From Flavobacteriales bacterium (GTDB taxonomy: Bacteria; Bacteroidota; Bacteroidia; Flavobacteriales_D; Sanyastnellaceae), in the NCBI GenBank assembly GCA_015665315.1, contig JADFAK010000021.1:454-64453 (forward strand): a stretch of DNA of 64,000 bases. Reading direction: 5' to 3'. The position numbers were made by a program, and so were the translations under genes. The number at the start of each line of letters is the position of its first letter. Within the stretch, counting starts at the first letter, position 1. The notes below the pieces were generated by a model, which saw nothing but the letters and a program-made list of their open reading frames with translations, was not told the DNA's origin and searched no databases. Shown piece by piece: positions 1-9,700 of this stretch.

Positions 1-1
1 C

Positions 2-283
2 AGAATCCTGAATTTATTGAGCCGGAACAAAGAGTTTTACCTCCGTATCATTGGGTATACGGATGTTGTTGGTTCAGATGATTATAATTTAGGTCTTTCG
101 GAACATCGGGCAGAATCAGTGATCAAGTATTTGGTCGACAAAGGTGCAGCGGCCGATCGATTGGAGATGGTGTGGAAAGGAAGCGCAGATCCTGTTGCTG
201 ACAATACAACACCAGATGGTCGAGCTCAAAACAGGCGAGTGGAATTTCAAATGCTGCAACCTGAATTCACACGCTATCAGTGA
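2..283 (+). CDS. OmpA-family peptidoglycan-binding domain protein, C-terminal part (5' end outside window)
   Basis: Frame is open from the window edge. Contains ...GYTDVVGSDDYNLGLSEHRAESVIKYL...GRAQNRRVEF, the classic OmpA/MotB C-terminal domain signature. Confidence 0.8.
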   Translation, partial: RILNLLSRNKEFYLRIIGYTDVVGSDDYNLGLSEHRAESVIKYLVDKGAAADRLEMVWKGSADPVADNTTPDGRAQNRRVEFQMLQPEFTRYQ

Positions 284-1572
284 TCTAAATTCATGGTGAT
301 TTCTTCCTTCGGGACGCGGAACAACATGATCAATCCAACTGCGAAAAAGGCGACAATGGCCAAAATGGACATGCGCATGTCGCCCCATTCCTCTAGTAAA
401 CCAAAAATGAACAAGCCGAATACAATTCCCAACTTTTCGCTCACGTCGAAAAAGCTGAAGAAAGAGGCTGTGTCGCGCGTTTCAGGTAAAAACTTCGCGT
501 AAGTTGAACGGGACATGGATTGAATGCCACCCATGACAAATCCGACCATTCCTGCTAAAATGAAAAAGTGGGTTTGAGAGGTAATGAAATAGGCGCATAT
601 ACATATCATCACCCACAAGGCATTGGCTAGAATAAGGGTTTTGATGTTTCCATATTTTTTCGAAAAACGGGCCATAACTTGGGCACCCACAGCAGCAATA
701 AGTTGAATGATCAACACGCATATCATGAGGCCTAGCATTTTAAACTCCTTTGAACTCCATTCGATCTCTTCTTCACCAAAATAGATGGCGACCAACATGA
801 CCGTCTGCACGCCCATACTATAAACGAAAAATGCTGCTAAGTATCGTTTTAATCGGCGGGTCTTCACCATGTTCTTCCACACCCATCTCAATTCTTGGTA
901 GCCTTTAACTAGGTGCTCTTTGCGGACTTTAGGGATTTTTGCTCCATCGGGTAGTCTTTTGAAAGTCACTTGTGCAAATCCAATCCACCAAATTCCTGTC
1001 AGGATGAAGGCGTAGGGCCTCAGCGACTCATCATAGATCATCATGAGGATACACAGAAGTAGAAGAATGACACTGCCGATGTAGCCAAAAGTATAACCCT
1101 TGGCGCTCACTTTGTCCTGATCTTTAGGATGCGCCACAAGAGGTAAGTAGGAATTGTAGAAAACAACACTTCCCCAGAAACCAATGAGCGACAAGACATA
1201 GAAAGTGAGTCCAAGAAACAACCCGACCTGTTCGAAAAAGAAAAGTCCCATGCAGCTGAGTCCGCCCAAATAGCAGAAAAATTTAAGGAACTTCTTTTTG
1301 CTGTCGGAGTAATCGGCAATTCCTGTTAGGATAGGGATGATCAGACAAATGAGCAGGAAGGCGACCGATCCCGTGTAATTGATCAGACTGGTAGCATTGA
1401 ATTCCCGTCCGAGGAAGTCGACCATTTTCTGTTCCCCCTGCATGCGAGTCACTGCGATGGCCGAGTAGTGCAGAGGGAAAATGGCCGTGGTGATAACAAG
1501 CGAATGCACCGAGTTTGCCCAGTCATAGAACGCCCAGGCGTTGATCAACTTCTTGTTTCCCCTCTCTAACAT
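277..1572 (-). CDS. MFS transporter, UMF1/Atg22-like
   Basis: 431 aa, about 12 hydrophobic segments. N-terminus AWAFYDWANS is typical of the UMF1 subfamily. Confidence 0.65.
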   Translation of the reverse strand: MLERGNKKLINAWAFYDWANSVHSLVITTAIFPLHYSAIAVTRMQGEQKMVDFLGREFNATSLINYTGSVAFLLICLIIPILTGIADYSDSKKKFLKFFCYLGGLSCMGLFFFEQVGLFLGLTFYVLSLIGFWGSVVFYNSYLPLVAHPKDQDKVSAKGYTFGYIGSVILLLLCILMMIYDESLRPYAFILTGIWWIGFAQVTFKRLPDGAKIPKVRKEHLVKGYQELRWVWKNMVKTRRLKRYLAAFFVYSMGVQTVMLVAIYFGEEEIEWSSKEFKMLGLMICVLIIQLIAAVGAQVMARFSKKYGNIKTLILANALWVMICICAYFITSQTHFFILAGMVGFVMGGIQSMSRSTYAKFLPETRDTASFFSFFDVSEKLGIVFGLFIFGLLEEWGDMRMSILAIVAFFAVGLIMLFRVPKEEITMNLDH

Positions 1573-1725
1573 AGTGCCGCAAAGTAGAAGAAATTTTGCA
1601 GAATACCACCCCTCACATGGTCTGCTGGTTTTCTAAATAAAATTGGAGGAAATGCTTGACGTTTTCAAGAATCTTGACAAGATCGAATAGTCACTTTGTT
1701 ACCTTTGAGCCGAATTCAAGACGAC

Positions 1726-2955
1726 ATGAAAAAGCAATTCGATCTAATAATTGTAGGAGGAGGAATAGTGGGGGCAGCCACTATGTACAAGATCCAAGAA
1801 GCACATCCCGACATGCGGATCTTGTTGGTGGAGAAGGAAACTGAGTTGGCCGGACATCAGACTGGGCACAATTCAGGAGTAATACATTCTGGTTTGTATT
1901 ATAAGCCTGGTTCTAAAAAAGCGATAAACTGTGTCAAGGGCCGACATGAATTGGTAGCTTTTGCCAAAGAGCACAAGGTGGCCCATGACATCTGTGGAAA
2001 GATTGTAGCAGCTATCAGCGAGGAAGAATTCCCGCACATGGAAAAGATTTTCCAGAACGGAGTGGCCAATAACGTAGAAGGAGTTGAGAAAGTCACGGCC
2101 GAGCAGATCAAAGAAATAGAACCGCATGTCGAGTGTATTGGTGGGATTTGGGTGCCTTGCACCGGGATTATTGATTTTCCTGGGGCTACCAAGAAGATGT
2201 GCGAAGTCGCCTTACAAATTCAATCCGAAAGCGAAGTTCATCTCGGAGAAGAAGTGCTGGATTTTGTTCGCGGCGAGACTGAAACAGATGTGGTCACATC
2301 GAAGGGTAGTTATCGAACGAAACGATTGATTGTGTGCGGAGGATTGCAAGCCGATCGATTGGCGAAAAAAGATTCGGTCAATCTAAAGGAGAAGGTGGTT
2401 GGATTCAGAGGAGATTATTATGAATTGAACGACGAAGCCAAGCACAAGGTGAAGAATCTCATCTATCCTGTGCCGAACCCCGATTTCCCATTCTTGGGCG
2501 TCCACTTTACGCGCATGGTCAATGGCGATATTGAATGCGGACCGAACGCCGTATTCACCTTCAAAAGAGAAGGGTATGGCAAGACTGATTTTAACATGAA
2601 GGACACGCTTGACGCTTTGTCTTATGCAGGGACGTGGAAGCTCTTCATGAACAATATGAGTTTTGGAATCAATGAATACAGACGAGCGTTTTCCAAGAAG
2701 CTATTTTTGAAAACCCTTCAACGAATAATTCCGTCGCTCACCATGGATGATTTGCGCCCAGGCCGAGCAGGAGTTCGAGCCATGCTTCTCAGACAAGACG
2801 GTGATACGAGAGATGACTTCCGCATCGAGTATACGGATAGAAGTATTCACGTACTTAATGCGCCCTCTCCTGCGGCGACGGCATGTCTTGCTATTGGAGA
2901 TGACATTCGCTTAATGGCAGAGGAGCATTTCAACATGGAAGTGGGACAAGATTAA
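1726..2955 (+). CDS. lhgO: FAD-dependent L-2-hydroxyglutarate oxidase-like
   Basis: DLIIVGGGIVGAA dinucleotide-binding motif followed by GHQTGHNSGVIHSGLYYKPGS. ATG at 1726 preferred over the TTG at 1696. Confidence 0.75.
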   Translation: MKKQFDLIIVGGGIVGAATMYKIQEAHPDMRILLVEKETELAGHQTGHNSGVIHSGLYYKPGSKKAINCVKGRHELVAFAKEHKVAHDICGKIVAAISEEEFPHMEKIFQNGVANNVEGVEKVTAEQIKEIEPHVECIGGIWVPCTGIIDFPGATKKMCEVALQIQSESEVHLGEEVLDFVRGETETDVVTSKGSYRTKRLIVCGGLQADRLAKKDSVNLKEKVVGFRGDYYELNDEAKHKVKNLIYPVPNPDFPFLGVHFTRMVNGDIECGPNAVFTFKREGYGKTDFNMKDTLDALSYAGTWKLFMNNMSFGINEYRRAFSKKLFLKTLQRIIPSLTMDDLRPGRAGVRAMLLRQDGDTRDDFRIEYTDRSIHVLNAPSPAATACLAIGDDIRLMAEEHFNMEVGQD

Positions 2956-2973
2956 TTCTAAATTCGGGGCAAC

Positions 2974-3007
2974 AAAAAAGGCCAAACACTGAGTGCTTGG
3001 CCTTTTG
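2974..3007. terminator. Bidirectional intrinsic terminator between convergent genes
   Basis: Hairpin aaaaggccaa-N11-ttggcctttt, with an A-run on one side and a T-run on the other. Confidence 0.6.
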
Positions 3008-3025
3008 AATATTGTGTGAAAGAAA

Positions 3026-3394
3026 TTACTCCTTCTTCGCAGCTACAGCACCTCCGTTGGCACGTTTCTGACGAGATGCAGAATCCTTAGATTTAGCAGT
3101 TTGCTTTGCTTTCTGAGCACTTCCTTTACTGTCAGCTTTTGACTTGTCACAGCAAGACTTTGAACAAGACTTGTCGTTCTTAGCCGCTTTATCTGCACAT
3201 GCAGCTTTGTCGGCACAACAAGCTTTACCTTTAGCATCTTTCGAGCATTCAGTCTTTGCCTTTGTGTCTTGTGCTTTTACTTTTTCAGTAGAAGCTTTTT
3301 CAGCTTTTGCGCCAGCAGCTGGAGCAGTAGTTTGAGCGATAGCCATTGATCCTACAAAGACCATCATGCTGAATACTAGAAGAAACTTTTTCAT
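3026..3394 (-). CDS. Small secreted Lys/Ala/Cys-rich low-complexity protein
   Basis: Signal peptide MKKFLLVFSMMVFVGSMAIAQ. The mature part is K/A/D/S-rich with the Cys pattern C-x8-CC-x5-C-x10-C-x3-CC. Confidence 0.5.
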   Translation of the reverse strand: MKKFLLVFSMMVFVGSMAIAQTTAPAAGAKAEKASTEKVKAQDTKAKTECSKDAKGKACCADKAACADKAAKNDKSCSKSCCDKSKADSKGSAQKAKQTAKSKDSASRQKRANGGAVAAKKE

Positions 3395-3668
3395 GTTGAA
3401 TATTTTTTAAATTGGTTATTCTCCGTTTAATGGAGGTAAATATAATTCCTTTTACGCAATTTCAATGCCACAGTTTGCGTGAATCCTGTGAATATGTGTT
3501 AATCTTTCGGATTGATTTGACGATATGCGACATGAAGTGGGCGTTGATTTGCTGCTCGGATCATGGCTTGAGCGCTTTTTAAGCCGCTGATGTTTTTGAC
3601 TTACTTCCCCAGCGACATAGTGAGTCACTGAGCAAGATTGGTTATTTTAGCCCTAAAATAATTGTACT

Positions 3669-4394
3669 ATGACTAAAGGCAGAATTTTTCTTTTCGTTCT
3701 TTCCCTCTCTATTATTTTTTCTCTTGAATCTTGTGTAGACTGCATTCAAGGCGAAGGGGCACCTATCAAAGAGTCTAGGGCCATCGTTGATTTTGAAGTG
3801 CTGAAATTGGACTGCAGTGTCAATGTTGAAATTCGCGAGAACTTAGTGAGTGAGAAAAATAGGGTAGAGGTGGAAGCTCCAGAAAACCTCTTGCCTTACA
3901 TCAAGTCGATATCTGAGGGAAAAAAGCTGACCATTTCAATAGAGGGGTGTGTGAACAGTATCACACCTTTGACAGTGAGGGTGTACACCAATGGGATGCA
4001 AAAGCTTATAAATGATGGCAGCGGCAATGTGCTTTGTCTGAATGCATTGAAAGGAGATCAATTGGTATTGGTCAACAATGGTTCAGGTGATATGAACATC
4101 CAATTCAAAGGAAAGGAAGTTGAAATTGAGAATGATGGATCTGGAGATGTCGAAATTTCAGGTGGAGCTGGTGAACTGGAAATTGATAGTAGTGGATCTG
4201 GAAACGTCAACGCGGCAGAATTTAAGGCCGATAAAGCATCCATTGACAATAGTGGATCGGGAAATGTAGTTGTTTCAGTAAAAAGTGTGCTTTCGATTAA
4301 CTTATCTGGCAGTGGAGACGTACGCTATAGAGGCAACCCGCAACAACTGGAACAATCCAACGACGGGTCCGGTAGTATTGTAAAACTCAACTAA
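3669..4394 (+). CDS. DUF2807/GIN-domain (putative auto-transporter adhesin head) lipoprotein
   Basis: Lipobox LESC and repeated (D/N)GSG(D/N)V beta-solenoid units. Confidence 0.6.
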   Translation: MTKGRIFLFVLSLSIIFSLESCVDCIQGEGAPIKESRAIVDFEVLKLDCSVNVEIRENLVSEKNRVEVEAPENLLPYIKSISEGKKLTISIEGCVNSITPLTVRVYTNGMQKLINDGSGNVLCLNALKGDQLVLVNNGSGDMNIQFKGKEVEIENDGSGDVEISGGAGELEIDSSGSGNVNAAEFKADKASIDNSGSGNVVVSVKSVLSINLSGSGDVRYRGNPQQLEQSNDGSGSIVKLN

Positions 4395-4398
4395 CATT

Positions 4399-5115
4399 TT
4401 GACGAAACAAGGATACCATGCGATTATCATCTCTTTAGTAGCACATATTATCGTGCTGGGAGGAATTCATTGGTATACGAGTGGAGGTGATTTCGTATTG
4501 ACACAACTTGAGGAAGTAGCCCCCATTGAGGTCAAGTTAATGGCAGTCGAGAGTCCGCCCGAATTGGAGTTTGATTCCGACATGAGTGATGTCAAAAACT
4601 TAACTGCCAATGCCGAGTCGGCTAAATCGGCGCAAGCGCAAAGTTTCAGCAAACGTGCTAGCGATAAAATGGCACAGGATGTTTACAATGATCTCATGAA
4701 TTTAGAGCAGCAAGTGCTCAATGAACTGGCTCAGGAAAAGGCAGGGAAGGATCAAACCAACGACAAAGTAGTTCTCTCAGAAGAACAGAAAGACTTGTCG
4801 GATTATGAGTGGTTCAACGATTCATCGTACGAAGGAAAAGTGATGGGAAGCTACGCCCTATCTGGAAGGCATGACATAGATTTTAGGGTGCCAGGGTACA
4901 CCTGCAAACAAAGCGGACAAGTGACACTGAATATAGTTGTATCAAATGGAGGCGAAGTCATCTCTGCAGAAGTCAATCCCGCGCTCACAACCACATCTGA
5001 TCCATGTCTTGTCGAGCAGTCGATTAAATATGCCGAACTGTCACGCTTCAACAGCGCCCTCTCGGCTGAAAAGAAGCAAAAGGGAACAATTACCTACCTT
5101 TTTATTGCACAATAA
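4399..5115 (+). CDS. Membrane-anchored TonB/TolA-like C-terminal-domain protein
   Basis: TTG start 5 nt after the upstream stop. One N-terminal TM helix, a charged linker and a C-terminal GQVTLNIVVSNGGEVISAEV... motif that resembles a TonB C-terminal domain. Confidence 0.45.
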   Translation: MTKQGYHAIIISLVAHIIVLGGIHWYTSGGDFVLTQLEEVAPIEVKLMAVESPPELEFDSDMSDVKNLTANAESAKSAQAQSFSKRASDKMAQDVYNDLMNLEQQVLNELAQEKAGKDQTNDKVVLSEEQKDLSDYEWFNDSSYEGKVMGSYALSGRHDIDFRVPGYTCKQSGQVTLNIVVSNGGEVISAEVNPALTTTSDPCLVEQSIKYAELSRFNSALSAEKKQKGTITYLFIAQ

Positions 5116-5118
5116 TTC

Positions 5119-6327
5119 TTAGGCCCTGCTTACGTAGTCTGCTAAGTAACTGTATTTCTCGGTGAGCTTTCCATTCAAATCTGTTTCACTGGCGTTGGCG
5201 ATAATGCCTAATTCGTCTGAACCCAACAAGTGAGGTAATACATGCTTGATGAGTTCCTGGCCAAAATCTTCGGACGCATCCTTCGGAAGTTCGCAAGGAA
5301 GATTGTCGACGGCCATCACGCAAATAGCGTCTTTATCATTCACGTCTGTTTCTTGCTCAGTGAAGCGATTGTATCCATACAAGGGATCCGCTATCGTCGA
5401 TGGCCTCAATGTGCATGCTACAGGTCCGTCGATATCACAGCTAACATCCGCTACCACGCTGCATTTCCATTTTGGATTCTTCATGTCCTCACGTGTGAAG
5501 AAGAAGGGTGATTGGTCGCTCCAATAGTGGCAAGCCACATACATGTCTGCCTGATGGCAAAAAGGAGGGAATATAGAAACATAACCTGTCGGATCTTTGT
5601 AGAACTCGCTCTTGTCAAAGCCATTGTCCGAGCCTCTTTTAAAGTAATCACCCGTATCGAGATGGGTAAATACTGGTCGGTCGAAGGATTTTTCCAGAAA
5701 GTCTTGGGGACTTACTTCTTCTATCGGTAAAAGATCCATGATTTCACGGGCGCCGTGACCTACTCGACCATATCCAGTAAGAACTGTTTTGAATCCATCG
5801 GGAAATACGACTTTACTCAGTTCAGCCTCCATTTCTTTGCGGTCTTCGCATTGATTGGCAGGCTTTAAATCATAAGTGCCCTTCTTTTTGCCTAAAGCTC
5901 TAAATCCATTGTAACAACCTACTATTCCCGCATATCTACCGAATCCGATCAAGCGATGCCCTTGGAGATCTTTGATTATTTCGTAGTCTACAAGACGGAT
6001 GCTCTTTGAAAGTATCGCTTTTAATAGCTTGGCGTTGTACGGCTGTAGTTTATAGGTGTGCGAGAAGAACATGTATGTTTTATTCTCAATCAGCGCATCG
6101 ATATTCACCTCTTTCACACCGATGAGTATGTCACAATCCGTAAGATCTTCTTGCAAAGGCACCCCAGCTTCGACAAATTCATAGTCCTGGTATTTTCGAA
6201 CTTCACTGGGTTGAACCACCAGCGAAACGTGCGGGTATTGTTCAATTACTTGCCTGCATTGAGCTGGGCTCAAGGGAACTCGTTTGTCTGGTGGATTTTT
6301 GGTCTCGCGGACCACGCCGATTTTCAT
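5119..6327 (-). CDS. Alanine dehydrogenase/PNT-N plus saccharopine-dehydrogenase-like (LOR/SDH-type) oxidoreductase
   Basis: MKIGVVRETKNPPDKRVPLSP... start at ATG 6327. The 64-codon upstream extension in the ORF track has no protein-like character. Confidence 0.6.
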   Translation of the reverse strand: MKIGVVRETKNPPDKRVPLSPAQCRQVIEQYPHVSLVVQPSEVRKYQDYEFVEAGVPLQEDLTDCDILIGVKEVNIDALIENKTYMFFSHTYKLQPYNAKLLKAILSKSIRLVDYEIIKDLQGHRLIGFGRYAGIVGCYNGFRALGKKKGTYDLKPANQCEDRKEMEAELSKVVFPDGFKTVLTGYGRVGHGAREIMDLLPIEEVSPQDFLEKSFDRPVFTHLDTGDYFKRGSDNGFDKSEFYKDPTGYVSIFPPFCHQADMYVACHYWSDQSPFFFTREDMKNPKWKCSVVADVSCDIDGPVACTLRPSTIADPLYGYNRFTEQETDVNDKDAICVMAVDNLPCELPKDASEDFGQELIKHVLPHLLGSDELGIIANASETDLNGKLTEKYSYLADYVSRA

Positions 6328-6787
6328 ATGTCTAATTTGCTTCAGTTGCCAAAAGTACGAAGGACTAAAAGAAAAGCAAGGTTGTTGTGGGGGGCAGAAA
6401 ACTGTTTTTATTGTGGTGATTTCTGTCAGTCGACATTGAAAAAGGAGGTTCGTTTGATGCGTCCCAAGGATATTTTCCACGCGATAGGAATTCGATTTTC
6501 TAAGTGATTTGAACGACAATGTCTGTTAAGTACTGGATTATGCGTATATTTGGGGAACACCATCCCTACTGAATACGATACTTTAACCACTAATTTGTTT
6601 CCGCATGAATTCAGGAAATAGACGCGGAAATGCGTTTTTTGAATCGGCCGAAGGTGTGCTATTCACTGCCTTCAGCAAGGGATTGGATCGGTTGTCATCT
6701 GGAATTTGGATGAATCAACAACTAATTTCACCTGTTTACGTAGAACATAACCAAAACCATAACATACCTGTCATGGCCTAATTTGTC

Positions 6788-9700
6788 ATGCTTTCACTTT
6801 TCCAAAAAATCAACAATATGACCTTATCCAACATCCAAGTGGGTATTCGGCATTTGCTTAAACCAGCAATCATTGCCCTGTGCCTATTGGTAGTAACTGG
6901 GCTATCGGCTCAACAGCACTTGTCTTCAGGTGTAGACTACCTGAAGAAGAACGCAGAGCAACTAAAAGTCAATGAAAAAGACTTGGACGGCATGCAATTA
7001 ACCCATGTTACTAAAGGCGCTCGTGGTGCCTTTGAAGTTGCTTATTTGCAGCAGACAAAAGGGGGGATTTCTATCCACAATCGAATTATCAATGTCATGT
7101 ATGACGGATCTGGAAAGATCGTAGGTCATTCGGGAACATTGGCAGATAACCTTGAACGTTCAAATATTCCAACTTCTCCAGCGATCTCTCCGATTGATGG
7201 ATTGAAGTCGGCTGCAATGGCTTTGAAGCTTGGGCAGATTGGCGACGTTGTTGTATTAGAGCCTGGACAAGGAGCTGAGCAAAAAGGTATTCTTTCAAAA
7301 GGAGCTATTTCGCAAGATGATATCGTTTTCAGACTTGTTTACCAAGATTTTGGAAAACTGGGAATCAAACTTACTTGGGAGTACGTTATTTATGAAAACA
7401 GCAGTAAGCACTGGTGGCAGATTCGTATAGATGCGCAATCTGGTCAGTACGTTGATAAAAACGACTGGGTGAGCAGCTGTAACGTTGATCATTCATTGAC
7501 TGAAGGTCGCGGACATATTCACGGAGCGAGTTGTGCTGAAGGCCCAGCTTATCTTCCTATGTTGGCCAACTCGTACAATGTATATGGTATGCCAACTGAG
7601 TCGCCAAGTCATGGTGGCCGTTCGCAACAAACTTCTCCTTGGTTGGATGGGGTAGGTTCTCCTTTCGGATGGCATGATACCAATGGTGCTGCAGGAGCAG
7701 AATACACCATTACAAGAGGTAACAACGTATGGGCTTCAGAAGATCAGGATGCCAACAACGTGGCTGGATTCAGCCCAGATGGAGGAGCAACTTTGGACTT
7801 CGACTTTCCTGAGAACTTAGGTGGTGCGCCTTCTACATATCAGGAAGCAGTTATTACCAACTTGTTTTACTGGAACAACATTATTCATGATGTCCTCTAC
7901 AACTACGGTTTCGATGAGGCCAGTGGAAACTTTCAAGAAAACAACTACGGAAATGGTGGTGCAGGAGCGGATTACGTAATTGCAGATGCTTTGGACGGAA
8001 GTGGAACGAACAACGCAAACTTTGGAACGCCTCCAGATGGTGGTAACCCGAGAATGCAGATGTATGTTTGGACACAAACTACACCAAATAGAACTTCAGA
8101 TTATGACAATGGCGTGATTATCCACGAGTATGGTCATGGTGTGTCGAACCGACTTACTGGTGGTCCAGGGTCGGCGAGTTGCTTGGGTAACCAAGAGCAA
8201 ATGGGTGAAGGATGGAGTGATTATCTTGGCCTCATGCTTACCATGGAACCAGGTGATGCTGGAACAGACCCAAGGGGAATTGGAACATACGTATTGGGAC
8301 AACCTACAACTGGTGCTGGTATCCGTCAGTATCCATATTCAACCGATTTAGGAGTCAATCTACATACCTACGGAGATGTAGGCGGTGTAGCAGTTCCTCA
8401 CGGTGTAGGTTCTATTTGGTGTGAAATGCTTTGGGAGATGACCTGGGCATTGATTGACCAATATGGTTTTGATGCAGACGTATACAATGGCACGGGCGGA
8501 AACAACATTGCCCTTCAATTGGTTATGGACGGAATGAAGCTTCAGCCTTGTTCGCCAGGTTTTGTTGACGGACGAGATGCTATCTTGCTTGCCGATCAAT
8601 TGAACAACGGTGGAGCAAACCAATGTCTTATTTGGGAAGCTTTTGCTAAAAGAGGATTAGGATTTTCGGCCGATCAAGGTTCGTCTAACAGTGTTTCTGA
8701 CGGAACTGAGGCCTTTGATACCCCATGTTTCTGTGATCCGAATCCAGGTCCGCTTGGATGTGATGATTCAACAGCTTGTAACTACGATTCAACAGCAGGT
8801 TGCAACGACGGTTCATGTGTATACCCGGGATGTACCGATTCAGCAGCTTGTAACTACGATTCGACTGCGGGATGTGACGACGGTTCTTGTCTGCTATCAG
8901 CAGCTAGTCCAACACTTACATTGACAACAGATTGTTGGGGTGGTGAAGTTAGCTGGGAGATCCTAGATGCAGGTGGCAACCAAATTGCGACCAACCCAAT
9001 CGCTTATGGAAACCAGACAACGTACACCTATGACGGATGTATGGTGCCAGGTGCTTGTTATACCTTTATCATTTACGATTCATTCGGAGACGGACTATCT
9101 GGTATCGCTTCTGGATGTAGCACGGATGGATATTATTCTATGGTAGATGATGATGGCACATTGCTGTTTGAAATTGCTGCCGATCCAAACTACGGTTCTT
9201 CGGCGACGCATCCATTTTGCTTGGGAATTAGTACTGTGGATTGCAACGATTCTGCAGCTTGTAACTACAATCCTACTGCCACTGGTGCGACCGAATGCGA
9301 GTACCTCGATGAATGTGGTTTCTGTGGAGGAACTGGAACATTGGGATGTATGGACAGTGCAGCTTGTAACTACGATTCAGTAGCTGCATGTGACGATGGT
9401 TCGTGTGTATACCCTGGATGTACTGATTCTGCTGCTTGTAATTACGATTCGACTGCAGGATGTGACGATGGAACATGTATCGTTCCTGGTGCGACGCCAA
9501 CACTTACTCTCCTTACAGATTGTTGGGGTGGTGAAGTTTCATGGGAGATCTTGGATTCGGGTGGTAACCAAATTGCAACCAACCCAATCACCTACGGAAA
9601 CCAAACTACGTACACGTGGGATGGTTGTATGGTAGATGGTGAGTGTTATACCTTTATTATTTACGATTCATTCGGCGACGGACTTGCAGGAATTGCTTCT

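Noticed and set aside
6328-6519. An N-terminal extension of the LOR/SDH-like ORF, and the antisense ORF 6058-6507.
   Set aside because: The family N-terminus MKIGVVRETK starts at 6327. The upstream codons are not protein-like. The antisense ORF has no support.
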